From an uncultured Eubacteriales bacterium (GTDB lineage: Bacteria; Bacillota; Clostridia; Peptostreptococcales; Anaerovoracaceae): a DNA stretch of 64,000 nucleotides. The stretch lies in contig CADBRA010000024.1 in assembly GCA_902796965.1 (NCBI GenBank), forward strand, positions 13,706-77,705. Reading direction: 5' to 3'. Below the pieces are notes generated by a model, which made no database searches, was not told where the DNA came from, and saw nothing but the letters and a program-made list of their open reading frames with translations. A program made the translations under genes and the position numbers. Positions 18,769 to 28,278 of this stretch are shown piece after piece; position 1 is the first letter of the stretch; every line of letters begins with the position of its first letter.

Positions 18769-18987
18769 TTAAATCAATATTTTGGCTTCAGCGTCGACTT
18801 TTGATACTCTCCTCTGTGCCTCGGCGAGTACACTGTCAAGCTTATCATCCTCCACATCAATAGTAAGCTTCTGAGTCATAAAACTGATGGTTGCATCGTT
18901 CACTCCGTCGATCTTCCTTATACTTCTCTCCATCTTAGCTGCGCAGTCCGCACAGTCGACGTCCTGCATCTTGTACTTTTTGATCAT
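18769..18987 (-). CDS. Stand-alone heavy-metal-associated (HMA) domain protein
   Basis: 72 aa with a CADC metal-binding motif in MQDVDCADCAAKMERSI. The ATGA overlap with the upstream regulator stop indicates translational coupling. Confidence 0.85.
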   Translation of the reverse strand: MIKKYKMQDVDCADCAAKMERSIRKIDGVNDATISFMTQKLTIDVEDDKLDSVLAEAQRRVSKVDAEAKILI

Positions 18988-19376
18988 GATAATTCCTCCT
19001 GATGCCTTTCTTCCAGATGATCGCGTCCCATCTCTATGATTCCTCTTACGTGGTCATCCGAAAGCGAATAATAAACTGTTCTGCCCTCACGTCTGCTTTT
19101 AACAAGCCTTGCCTGCTTGAGTATGCGCAGCTGATATGATACAGCCGGCTGCTTCATGTTGAGAACTTCGGCCAGATCGCACACGCAAAGAGGCGTTTCC
19201 AGCAGCACAAACAGTATCCTCACGCGCGTTGAATCAGCAAATATTTTGAAGAATTCGGCGAGATCGTAGAGTTCCTCGTCTTCAGGCATATTCTCATTTG
19301 CAATTTTCAGCTTATCCTCGTGAACACACGTCTCATCGCACAGATCGATGTCTGCGCTTCCATTGCCCGTAAGCAT
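18984..19376 (-). CDS. cadC: ArsR/SmtB-family metalloregulator (CadC-like)
   Basis: wHTH region LCVCDLAEVLNMKQPAVSYQLRILKQARLV, with the CVC metal site plus an N-terminal CDETC. I use the ATG at 19374-19376, which is preceded by GGGAGGAGG. The track ORF extends further 5' without an SD. Confidence 0.85.
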   Translation of the reverse strand: MLTGNGSADIDLCDETCVHEDKLKIANENMPEDEELYDLAEFFKIFADSTRVRILFVLLETPLCVCDLAEVLNMKQPAVSYQLRILKQARLVKSRREGRTVYYSLSDDHVRGIIEMGRDHLEERHQEELS

Positions 19377-19492
19377 TTTACGCCTCCTCCCGTACTGCCG
19401 CCTGCTGTAAAGCATGCAGCAAATTGTCATTACAAACATATGTGTGATTGCTTATATGTTTATATTTATATAATAAATATATCAGTGCAATT

Positions 19493-19498
19493 GTCAAT
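19493..19498 (-). promoter_or_regulatory. Consensus -35 hexamer TTGACA of the putative metal-operon promoter
   Basis: The minus strand reads TTGACA-attgcactgatatattt-ATTATA/TATATA. The -10 is ambiguous within an AT-rich run. Confidence 0.4.
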
Positions 19499-19540
19499 AA
19501 TAATTAAGCATGTATTTATATAAATACATGCTTAATTATT
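19499..19540. repeat. Perfect 42-bp palindrome
   Basis: AATAATTAAGCATGTATTTATA|TATAAATACATGCTTAATTATT equals its own reverse complement. It abuts the -35 hexamer. Confidence 0.95.
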
Positions 19541-19601
19541 GGCAGGAAATTCACATGACCTGCTGTCGCTCCGCGAACATCCGGACTTCCTGCTTATTTA
19601 T

Positions 19602-19640
19602 AAAAAAGCCTGCTCCGCATAACGCCAGAGCAGGTTTTAT
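19602..19640 (-). terminator. Rho-independent terminator downstream of alr (bidirectional form)
   Basis: Stem GCCTGCTC / GAGCAGG with a 12-nt loop, flanked by an A-run and a T-run. Confidence 0.65.
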
Positions 19641-19757
19641 AATAATTAAAGAAAAATGACAGCAATATCAATTCCGCGATACAGGTATGTCTCAAGGTCA
19701 AATACCGCGTAAGTTCCGCATATTCCGAACCGTACACCGCGGAGTCACAACATACAG

Positions 19758-20945
19758 CTATTTTTCAAGGTAATCGAGGCAGTTTACGAGTTTTCCATCC
19801 TTGAAGTAATAACGCGGAACTCTTCTCTGAACCGCACAGACTACTTCGTAGCCTATAGTATTGTATCTGCCTGCTATCTCGTCAGCCGATATGAATTCAT
19901 CACCTGAAGCGCCCATAAGCACGACTTCGTCATTGACCTTCACGCCGTCAAATCCAGTGACGTCGATCATACACTGATCCATGCATATGTTTCCGCGGAT
20001 CGGAACTCTCTTTCCTCTGTAGAGAACTTCAGCGTGTCCGCTCTGTGCCCTGGTATATCCATCGGCATATCCGATCGCGATCGTTGCGATTTGATCACCG
20101 GCGTGTGCTGTGAATTTTCCGCCGTATCCTACCTGTCTGTCCTCATCGAGCGTCTTGACATGCGTGATACGCGTCTTCCATGTCATAACCGGCTTTATGT
20201 CGAGATTTGCAGGAAGTACTTCAGATGACGGATAGATTCCGTAAAGAATAATTCCAGGCCTTACCATGTCACAGTAAGTTTCAGGAAGCTCCATGATCGC
20301 AGCGCTGTTTGACGTATGCTTTATTTTGAATGTAATGCCTCTGTCAGCAAGCATATCCACGAATTTCCTGTATTTTTCCCACTGTCTGTTTGCCCAGAAT
20401 TTGTCAGCTTCGTCAGCTCTCGCATAATGAGTAAAAATAGCCTCAAGATCAAGACCCGGCAGCTTTGAAATCTTTTCGACTTCATCTGCGCCCTTCTCGT
20501 CAGGCATGAAGCCGATCCTCGTCATACCGGTGTCGACAGCTATGTGCACCTTCGCTGTTTTTCCGAGTTTTACGGCTGCATCAGACAGCAGCTTTGCCTT
20601 TTCATAAGATGTAACGGCGTGCTGAATGTTGGCATTTATTGAAACTTCCTCACTGCCGTAAGGAATATTCCCGAGAACGAGTATATCTGTGTCCTCAGGA
20701 ATGAATCTTCTGAGCTCAAGTGCTTCGTTGAGAGAAGAAACAGCGAACTGATCCGCTCCGTTGTCAAGGAACGTCTTAGCTACACCTTCTGTGCCATTGC
20801 CCTCTGCGTTCGCCTTGACTACGGCACACATGCGCTTATCGCCGATCTTCTCTCTGATGCTCCTGATATTGTAAGCGAGAGCATCCAAATCAACCTCAAC
20901 CCACTTTGCTTCGTAGCTTAACCTTTTGCTAAAATCATTTTCCAT
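19758..20945 (-). CDS. alr: Alanine racemase
   Basis: VVKANA carries the PLP lysine, and RPGIILYG is present. Length 395 aa. Confidence 0.9.
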   Translation of the reverse strand: MENDFSKRLSYEAKWVEVDLDALAYNIRSIREKIGDKRMCAVVKANAEGNGTEGVAKTFLDNGADQFAVSSLNEALELRRFIPEDTDILVLGNIPYGSEEVSINANIQHAVTSYEKAKLLSDAAVKLGKTAKVHIAVDTGMTRIGFMPDEKGADEVEKISKLPGLDLEAIFTHYARADEADKFWANRQWEKYRKFVDMLADRGITFKIKHTSNSAAIMELPETYCDMVRPGIILYGIYPSSEVLPANLDIKPVMTWKTRITHVKTLDEDRQVGYGGKFTAHAGDQIATIAIGYADGYTRAQSGHAEVLYRGKRVPIRGNICMDQCMIDVTGFDGVKVNDEVVLMGASGDEFISADEIAGRYNTIGYEVVCAVQRRVPRYYFKDGKLVNCLDYLEK

Positions 20946-21001
20946 CTGGTACTTCCTGTCTTTCCGATTATTTACTAATCTGTACCGTTTTTTTAACGGT
21001 G

Positions 21002-22159
21002 CTATTTGCTCTGAGGAACATCAAACGTGCAAGATGCGATAACCATCTGCTGAACTTCGTTTGTGCCCTCATATATTTCAGTGATCTTGGCGTCTCTGTA
21101 CATGCGCTCTATAGGATAATCCGTCATGTATCCGTAGCCGCCATGATACTGGATTGACTGTCTTGTCAGATCAACAGCCGCGCGCGAAGCAGCATATTTT
21201 GCCATAGCTGCAGCTTCCTTGTACGACATTCCCTGATCCTTGTAATTTGCCGCTCTGTAAACGAGAAGTCTCGCCGAATCAAGCTGTACTTTTGTTTTGG
21301 CAACTTCAAATCTGAGCGTATCGAGTTTGCCCAGCTTTACGCCGAACTGCTCTCTTTCCATCATGTAGCCCGTCATCAGGTCGAAAGCTTCCTGAGCGAT
21401 TCCGAGTGACTGTGCTCCTACACCGATTCTTCCTCCATCGAGTGTATCCATGGCGATCCAGAATCCCTGACCAGGCTTGCCGAGCAGATTTTCCTTAGGG
21501 ACCTTTACGTCTTTGAAATGCATCTCCGCCGTCTGTGAAGCCCTGATTCCCATCTTCTGCTCTATCTTTCCTGTTGAAACGCCTTCCCAGTCGCCTTCAA
21601 CGATGAATGCGGATATTCCGTTCTTTACGCCCTGACTTTTGTCAGTCATCGCAAACACTATATATGTGCCTGAAATTCCGCCATTGGTTATGAACTTCTT
21701 ATCAGCGTTTAGCAGATAATAATCTCCCATGTCCACAGCAGTGGCCTTTTGTCTCGATGCATCTGTACCTGCGTCTTTTTCTGTAAGACAGAATGAACCT
21801 ATCTTTCTTCCCGTGCAGAGATCAGGCAGATACTTCTTCTTCTGTTCTTCTGTGCCGAACCTGAGAATAGGTCCGCCTACGAGCGAGTTGTTTGCAGAAA
21901 GAATTATAGCATGAGAAGCATCTTTTTTGGCAACTTCCTCTACTACAGCGACATATGAAACATAATCTGTACCTTGTCCGCCGTATTCCTTTGGGAAAGG
22001 CATTCCAAGAAATCCGAGATCAGCCATCCGCTTTACATTGTCATATGGGAACTCGCCCTTTTTATCGAGATCCGCAGCGACCGGCTCTATGTATTCCTTC
22101 GCAAAATCCCTTGCCTTGTCTCTCCAGGCTTTCTGTTCTTCAGTCAGTGTAAAATCCAT
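21002..22159 (-). CDS. Acyl-CoA dehydrogenase (short/butyryl-CoA type)
   Basis: MDFTLTEEQ start preceded by GGAGG. ACAD motifs run throughout, ending in YEGTNEVQ. Confidence 0.9.
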   Translation of the reverse strand: MDFTLTEEQKAWRDKARDFAKEYIEPVAADLDKKGEFPYDNVKRMADLGFLGMPFPKEYGGQGTDYVSYVAVVEEVAKKDASHAIILSANNSLVGGPILRFGTEEQKKKYLPDLCTGRKIGSFCLTEKDAGTDASRQKATAVDMGDYYLLNADKKFITNGGISGTYIVFAMTDKSQGVKNGISAFIVEGDWEGVSTGKIEQKMGIRASQTAEMHFKDVKVPKENLLGKPGQGFWIAMDTLDGGRIGVGAQSLGIAQEAFDLMTGYMMEREQFGVKLGKLDTLRFEVAKTKVQLDSARLLVYRAANYKDQGMSYKEAAAMAKYAASRAAVDLTRQSIQYHGGYGYMTDYPIERMYRDAKITEIYEGTNEVQQMVIASCTFDVPQSK

Positions 22160-22597
22160 AATAAACCTCCATATCATAATTATCGTCTATAGAGAAATAT
22201 CGTCTGCATACGTACTATATGTAATTGTAACATCTTTCCGGCTTATTCTCTACATCGCAGGCGAAATTATCGCTTTACACAAGTAAAATAATACTTTTGG
22301 TACCATGCTGCACCTCGTCATTCGTTATATAAATTCTGTATTGCACTATTGACGTCAGCTGCTCACGACCGCTCCGCGGACACCGCCTACATGCACGTCA
22401 TGGCAACATGCTGAAAAATAATAAGGCTTCATATGCCTGATGCACTTTGTTTGACCTGCATGCCAGGATTTATGATTTCACATCATATCTCAAGACCGCA
22501 GAACACTGCCATGTGGCGCTGCTCAATATATCTGCAGCATTGTCATGCATTTCAGCATTGTTTATCATAACTCACCGGCGCATTTTGCAACCCGCGA

Positions 22598-24064
22598 TTA
22601 AAATCCGAAATACAGGAACACGGACACTCCTGTGAGAGATGTTATAGACCAGAACATCATAAACACCGCAACAGCTGCTCTTCCTGCCGTCGGCCTGAAT
22701 TCTATTTCGCTCAGGTTTTTGAAATTCAGCACGATTATAAGCGCAGCCGCAAGGAAAACCCACATGTTGAACCCCCAGATATGCGACGACAGTATATCAA
22801 ATATTCCGACATGTGAATCGAGAAAGTTCAGTTCGCTCAGATTAAAACATCCCGTGAGATCTCCGCGGACTGTAAAGTCATCCATAAGCATCATTTTTTT
22901 TATCATGCCGGCCGCCTGAGAAAAGCTGTCGGCCCTGAACAGAATCCAGAGCAGATTGACGAGCGAGAACGTGACAATCCACTGGAATATCATATTCATT
23001 TTGGCGCGCGTCTTTTTAAACGCTCTTTCCAGGCAGTTGAACATTCCGTGAAGCAGTCCCCACGCAACGAATGTCCAGTCCGCTCCGTGCCAGAACCCGC
23101 TCACCAGGAACACGATCATTATGTTCAGATAAGTCCGGAACCTGCCTTTGTAGCTTCCGCCGAGCGGAAAATATATATACTGCCTGAGAAATCTTGTAAG
23201 AGTCAGGTGCCACCTGCTCCAGAAATCTATTATCGACGTCGCCTTGTACGGCGAATTGAAGTTCCACGGCAGTTCAATGTTCAGCATTCTTCCCAGACCG
23301 TTTGCCATGTCACAGTAGCCGCTGAAATCGAAATAAAGCTGGAACGTGTAGCACAGCGAGACTATCACAGCCTCCATGGATGAAAGCGTGTCTGAATTCC
23401 CGTATCCCCATGTAACCGCTCGTCCGAACGTATCGGCGATTATAACTTTCTTGAAAAGTCCGACCGAAAAAATGTATATTCCGTGAGCTATGTTCTCCAT
23501 GTTCAGTCTGCGCTTTTCTCTGTCGCGGAACTGCGGAATCACCTCGCTGTGCAGCACTATAGGCCCGGCTATGAGCTGCGGAAAAAATACGACAAACAGT
23601 GCATATTCAATAAAGCCGTAATCCCTTGTTTCACCTCTGTATGAATCCACGAGATACGAAATCTGCTGGAATGTGAAGAAACTTATTCCGAGCGGCAGAA
23701 CTATATGCCTCAGATTGAACGAAGTATCAAACACAGAGTTTATGTTTTTTATAAAGAAATCATAATATTTGTAATAGAATATCGCTGCGATATTTCCCGC
23801 AAGACCGACCGTAAGCACAAACTTTCTGAGTCCTGTTCTTTCGTCAGGGAACATGTTCAGCAGTCTTGACAGCAGGTAATTTGAAATTATGCTCGTGCAT
23901 ATTATGATCAGGTAACGCGGATTATAATAACCGTAAAACCACAGCGACATGCCTATGAGATAGACTTCTGCAGCCTTGTATTTTCCAAAGTGATTTAACG
24001 CGAAAAAACCGACAATTACCAGCGGCATGAACAGGAATATGAAGATGTAAGAGTTAAACAGCAT
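22598..24064 (-). CDS. MBOAT-family membrane O-acyltransferase (AlgI/DltB/PatA-like)
   Basis: Polytopic, 488 aa, with FWSRWHLTL and SGFWHGA, which contain the conserved MBOAT histidines. Confidence 0.88.
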   Translation of the reverse strand: MLFNSYIFIFLFMPLVIVGFFALNHFGKYKAAEVYLIGMSLWFYGYYNPRYLIIICTSIISNYLLSRLLNMFPDERTGLRKFVLTVGLAGNIAAIFYYKYYDFFIKNINSVFDTSFNLRHIVLPLGISFFTFQQISYLVDSYRGETRDYGFIEYALFVVFFPQLIAGPIVLHSEVIPQFRDREKRRLNMENIAHGIYIFSVGLFKKVIIADTFGRAVTWGYGNSDTLSSMEAVIVSLCYTFQLYFDFSGYCDMANGLGRMLNIELPWNFNSPYKATSIIDFWSRWHLTLTRFLRQYIYFPLGGSYKGRFRTYLNIMIVFLVSGFWHGADWTFVAWGLLHGMFNCLERAFKKTRAKMNMIFQWIVTFSLVNLLWILFRADSFSQAAGMIKKMMLMDDFTVRGDLTGCFNLSELNFLDSHVGIFDILSSHIWGFNMWVFLAAALIIVLNFKNLSEIEFRPTAGRAAVAVFMMFWSITSLTGVSVFLYFGF

Positions 24065-24066
24065 AT

Positions 24067-25197
24067 TCAGTTATCTCCGTGCAGTGATGAATAGTCATAG
24101 GAATTATAGAAAGAGCGGATTTCCGAAATATATTCGTCTTCATTTTCCTTTGTTATCTGATATTCGCCATTGCTCATCCATTTGAGCATCTGATCATTAA
24201 TCCAGCTCTTGTAATGAGCCTGATCCTTGTAATTGTCCAAATTGCACGTGATGTCATATCGTGTGCAGAATGAAAACAGTTTGATGTTGTCACACTTCAG
24301 AAGCAGATCTATCGCGTACTTCTCTGCATCTATCCGCCAGTTTATCTTTTTTTCATTGTTGAGTTCATCCCAGTAGGCTATGCTGTACGGAGGAAAGAAC
24401 AAATAAAATTCAGTCTCAGGATGGGCTTTTGCCTGACTGATTACGTTTTGCTCGAGGTTTCCGTAAACAAGTTCCCTGTCACTGTCTGAAAACTCCTTTT
24501 CTCTTTCGGCCGGTTTTCCCAGTGTGTATGTGCTGAAGACTGTTTCGGCGCCGAACGTCGAATCCGCCATCCAGTTCTGATATTCATCAAATGTCGTTGT
24601 CTTCATTCCTTCTCTGGTGTAAGAAAGCACTCTGAGACTGTCATCGAAAAAGACACTGAGATTCAGCAGATATTTTATGTCATTAAACGGATTGTTATCG
24701 GTCAGATATGTCGGATATTCAGCGCCCGGATATACATCGTCCTTGTCGAGCACGAGCAGACTGTAGTCGAGCGATCTCAGCACTATTACAGGATCGTGTC
24801 CTGATTCGTAAGATCGAGAAATATTGTCGTTTATTTCTTTATACCGTCCTCCGGAAAAAGGAACCTTTATCGACTTTGTCCCGAACAGTTTGTCAAACTG
24901 ACTCGTCCTGAAATTTTCAGACATCGACGAGCCCGTTATTATCGCATTGTAATTGAAATTTCTCGTTATTCCGTCGTTCTGATAGCGTTCATTGTCTATC
25001 GGATACTGAAGATCGCGGTACGGTCCGTGATAGTGAAAGAACGGATCGATCACAGCGTTTGCCGCTGCAATTACAGCGAGAGCCGCCAGAAGAACAGCTA
25101 CAACCGCGGCTGTCCATCTGGCGGCTTTTTTATTTTTTTTCCGTATGTCTCTTTTATCTTCTAAATTATTCATAAAACATCCGAGTCTCTGCTTCAC
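24067..25197 (-). CDS. N-terminally membrane-anchored extracytoplasmic protein, putative SGNH-like partner of the MBOAT
   Basis: One N-terminal TM helix. ITGSSMSENF resembles block I (GDS-like) and DQAH resembles block V (DxxH). Only 2 nt separate it from the MBOAT gene. Confidence 0.5.
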   Translation of the reverse strand: MKQRLGCFMNNLEDKRDIRKKNKKAARWTAAVVAVLLAALAVIAAANAVIDPFFHYHGPYRDLQYPIDNERYQNDGITRNFNYNAIITGSSMSENFRTSQFDKLFGTKSIKVPFSGGRYKEINDNISRSYESGHDPVIVLRSLDYSLLVLDKDDVYPGAEYPTYLTDNNPFNDIKYLLNLSVFFDDSLRVLSYTREGMKTTTFDEYQNWMADSTFGAETVFSTYTLGKPAEREKEFSDSDRELVYGNLEQNVISQAKAHPETEFYLFFPPYSIAYWDELNNEKKINWRIDAEKYAIDLLLKCDNIKLFSFCTRYDITCNLDNYKDQAHYKSWINDQMLKWMSNGEYQITKENEDEYISEIRSFYNSYDYSSLHGDN

Positions 25198-25232
25198 GTT
25201 TTTTCACCGTTTTTACGATCATTGTCAGTTCA

Positions 25233-26507
25233 TCAAACATTGTCCCCGTCAGGATGAACCGGAAGTGACTTTACGGAATCAGTTCCTGCAGAATCATCAG
25301 GCCTAATATGTGACGTCTGATCATCAGCTCTGACAGTGTCTCCAACACCGCTGTCATCTCCTGATTCCTTCGCTTTCTTCGCCTTTCTGGATTCTATCAG
25401 TGTGATTATCATCTCATGATAGACAAAATCAAAAATAGCCGCGAACGGAATCGCCAGCAGTATACCCCAGACTCCGAACATGCGTCCGCCGACGATAATG
25501 CATATAAGTATCCATATGGACGACACTCCGAGAGTATTGCCAAAGAGCTTCGGCTTGAATATATATCCGTCAAATGTCTGCAAAGCTATTGTAAACAATA
25601 TAAATACAAGCGCATGCCACGGATTTACAAGAAGAAGTATGAAAGCCCCTATTGCACATCCGACTATAGGACCGAATGTCGGTGCAAGGTTAGTGACGCC
25701 GACGATTATCGAGATAAGCCCCCTGTACTGATATCCAGCTATACACATGAAGACGAAATTAATCACGCCTATTATTATTCCATCAAAGATATCGCATGCT
25801 ATGTAACGTATGAGTATATTGTTGCATCTGTTGAGAAAATCTGTCGTTTTTTTGTAGGATTTATCGCTCAGGACCGCCTTCATGAGCCTTCTGCATCCTG
25901 CAAGAAGGTGCTTCTTGTCCAGAAGAAAATATATCGCCAGTATGAACGAGATGATGAAATTAAACAGCCCTGTCCCGACTGAAAGCGATGTATTTACTAT
26001 ATCATCAACATTGCCGGTTATTCCGGACGATATCTTGCTCAGAAGATCGCTTCCCGCGTTAGTAAGACGGTCTATGTTTATCTTTTTCGCAGCTGATTTT
26101 CCGGCTATATCGTTTACCAGATTCTGGAGCTGCTCGACGTATGTGTCAAGATGTCTGACAAAATACGAAATGCTTGAAAACAGCTGAGGTATGAGAACTA
26201 CCAGCAAGAGCACGAGGAACAGAAGGACAGCTGCAACTGTTAATGCCACAGACAGCCGCCTCCTTGTGCTTTCCTTTTTCAAGCCTCTTAAAATATATTT
26301 TTCAAAGATCTTCGCGAGCGGATCCAGCACATAAGCGATTATTATACCGATTATGACCGGTGAAATAAATCCGAAAAAGCCGCCTAATCCCTTGAAAAAC
26401 AAGTCTATGTGCGCCAGGCATAGATATACGACCACAGCAGCGCACAGCGCCAGCGTGAGATGAAGCCACCTGTTCCCAATTATCTTCTTTTTTGTTTTGC
26501 CGCTCAT
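25233..26507 (-). CDS. AI-2E family transporter (PerM/UPF0118)
   Basis: 424 aa polytopic protein with a typical UPF0118 layout and an acidic C-terminal tail. Confidence 0.8.
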   Translation of the reverse strand: MSGKTKKKIIGNRWLHLTLALCAAVVVYLCLAHIDLFFKGLGGFFGFISPVIIGIIIAYVLDPLAKIFEKYILRGLKKESTRRRLSVALTVAAVLLFLVLLLVVLIPQLFSSISYFVRHLDTYVEQLQNLVNDIAGKSAAKKINIDRLTNAGSDLLSKISSGITGNVDDIVNTSLSVGTGLFNFIISFILAIYFLLDKKHLLAGCRRLMKAVLSDKSYKKTTDFLNRCNNILIRYIACDIFDGIIIGVINFVFMCIAGYQYRGLISIIVGVTNLAPTFGPIVGCAIGAFILLLVNPWHALVFILFTIALQTFDGYIFKPKLFGNTLGVSSIWILICIIVGGRMFGVWGILLAIPFAAIFDFVYHEMIITLIESRKAKKAKESGDDSGVGDTVRADDQTSHIRPDDSAGTDSVKSLPVHPDGDNV

Positions 26508-26528
26508 GGATCAGAATCTCCGGAAACG

Positions 26529-26915
26529 CTACTTGTCTGCACCGCTTCTGACAGCAATCGCCTCGATTTCGATCTCGCAGCCTTTTGGCAGCGCAGTAAC
26601 CTGATAACAACTTCTCGCAGGATACGGATCGCTGAACAGACTTCCGTATCGCTTGTTCACAACGTCAAAATTTCCGAGGTCTGTAAGCAGCACCGTCGTC
26701 TTTATAACGTCGCCGAGTGTCATTCCGTTCTGGGCAAGAATCGCCTCGATGTTGGCAATGCACTGACCGGCCTGATCCGATATATCTTCCGGTATGAGGC
26801 CAGTGGCAGGATCTACAGGTATTTGTCCCGAAACGAAAACTATATCTCCTGCTGCGAGTCCCTGTGAATAAGGTCCTACAGCAGCGGGCGCTTTATCTGT
26901 GTGAAGTACTTTCAT
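26529..26915 (-). CDS. ridA: RidA (YjgF/TdcF) reactive enamine/imine deaminase
   Basis: APAAVGPYSQG motif; 128 aa. Confidence 0.92.
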   Translation of the reverse strand: MKVLHTDKAPAAVGPYSQGLAAGDIVFVSGQIPVDPATGLIPEDISDQAGQCIANIEAILAQNGMTLGDVIKTTVLLTDLGNFDVVNKRYGSLFSDPYPARSCYQVTALPKGCEIEIEAIAVRSGADK

Positions 26916-26932
26916 CTTTTACTCCTTTGATA

Positions 26933-28129
26933 CTATGATACGATTTTAAAACCTTCTTTTGTGAGCCTGTCTTTTATCTCTTCTATCTGATCAGCGTCTC
27001 TTGTCTCCAGTGCGAGCTTGAGGAAGCAGCTAGTTATTGCCATGTTGACATCGCTGCGGTCATACTGTACCGAAACGACATTTCCGCCGCACTCCGCTAT
27101 GATTCTTGATACAGATTCCAGTTGCCCCGGCTTGTCCTCGAGCGCAATTGTAAGATCGACATTCCTGCCGCTTCTGACAAGACCTCTCGTGATTACTCTG
27201 CTCAGTATGTTTACATCGATGTTGCCGCCTGAGAGAATGCAGACTACATTTTTGCCCTGGATAGGAAGCTTGTCGAACATGGCCGCAGCCACGCTTACAG
27301 CTCCTGCGCCCTCTGTAATGAGTTTCTGCCTTTCTATTAGTGAAAGAATCGCAGTCGCGATTTCGTCCTCAGAGACTGTTACGACATCATCGACATAATT
27401 GCTTGTAATGTCATATGTCTTGTCTCCGGGGCATCTTACTGCGATTCCGTCGGCAAATGTCGACGCTGAATCTATCATGAGCGGACCTCCTTTTTTGAGG
27501 CTCTCGACCATGCTCGCCGAACCCGCCGCCTGAACTCCGTAAACCTTGACATCAGGTCTCAGACTTTTGACAGCGAATGCTACTCCGGAAATAAGACCGC
27601 CTCCGCCTACAGGAACTATTACGGCATCGATATCTTCCATCTGGTCGAGTATTTCGAGACCGATTGTGCCCTGTCCGGCGATTACCTGTTCATCGTTAAA
27701 CGGATGAATAAGTGTCGCATTATTTTCTGCAACGAACCTTTCCGCCGCATCTGCCGCAGCATCATATCCGCCAGGAACGAGAACGACTTCGGCCCCGAGT
27801 CTCTTAGTCGCCTCGACCTTGCTTATCGGAGCAGCGTCGGGCATGAAAATCGTCGATTTTATGCCGTTTTTTGTGGCTGCCATAGCTACTCCCTGTGCGT
27901 GATTTCCCGCTGAACATGCCACTATGCCGTTCTTCTTCTCCTCGTCGGTGAGCTGGCTTATCTTATACGCCGATCCTCTGATCTTGAAACTGCCTGTAGT
28001 CTGGAGATTCTCCGTCTTTAGATATATATTCGTATTTTCCGAAAGTCTCGGAGCTTTTATGATATCTGTTTTGCGTGCCACATTTTTAAGCACAAACGCA
28101 GCGTGATATATCATATCGAGTGTAAGCAT
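26933..28129 (-). CDS. ilvA: Threonine ammonia-lyase (short form with one ACT-like domain)
   Basis: GSFKIRGS carries the PLP lysine and SAGNHAQG is present. Length 398 aa. SD CAGGAG. Confidence 0.88.
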   Translation of the reverse strand: MLTLDMIYHAAFVLKNVARKTDIIKAPRLSENTNIYLKTENLQTTGSFKIRGSAYKISQLTDEEKKNGIVACSAGNHAQGVAMAATKNGIKSTIFMPDAAPISKVEATKRLGAEVVLVPGGYDAAADAAERFVAENNATLIHPFNDEQVIAGQGTIGLEILDQMEDIDAVIVPVGGGGLISGVAFAVKSLRPDVKVYGVQAAGSASMVESLKKGGPLMIDSASTFADGIAVRCPGDKTYDITSNYVDDVVTVSEDEIATAILSLIERQKLITEGAGAVSVAAAMFDKLPIQGKNVVCILSGGNIDVNILSRVITRGLVRSGRNVDLTIALEDKPGQLESVSRIIAECGGNVVSVQYDRSDVNMAITSCFLKLALETRDADQIEEIKDRLTKEGFKIVS

Positions 28130-28179
28130 TTCATTCTCCTGAAGATTTGTCTTGCATCTTAATTTTCATGTACTTATCC

Positions 28180-28215
28180 TGAATAATTAAAGAAATCTCC
28201 GCCTCTGAAATTAAA
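28180..28215 (-). terminator. Candidate terminator after hom
   Basis: Stem TCTCCGC / GCGGAGA with a 14-nt loop. It is followed on the minus strand by UUUCUUUAAUUAUU. Confidence 0.5.
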
Positions 28216-28278
28216 AGCGGAGAGCTCTTTAAAAACCAGTCATTCTCGTGTCTGCGGAGCAGACACAGGATTCCTTAT

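Noticed and set aside
19555-19665. 36-aa plus-strand ORF (MTCCRSANIRTSCLFIKKPAPHNARAGFIIIKEK) between alr and the cad operon
   Set aside because: It has a weak SD and runs through the alr terminator hairpin. It has no hydrophobic or other recognisable architecture.
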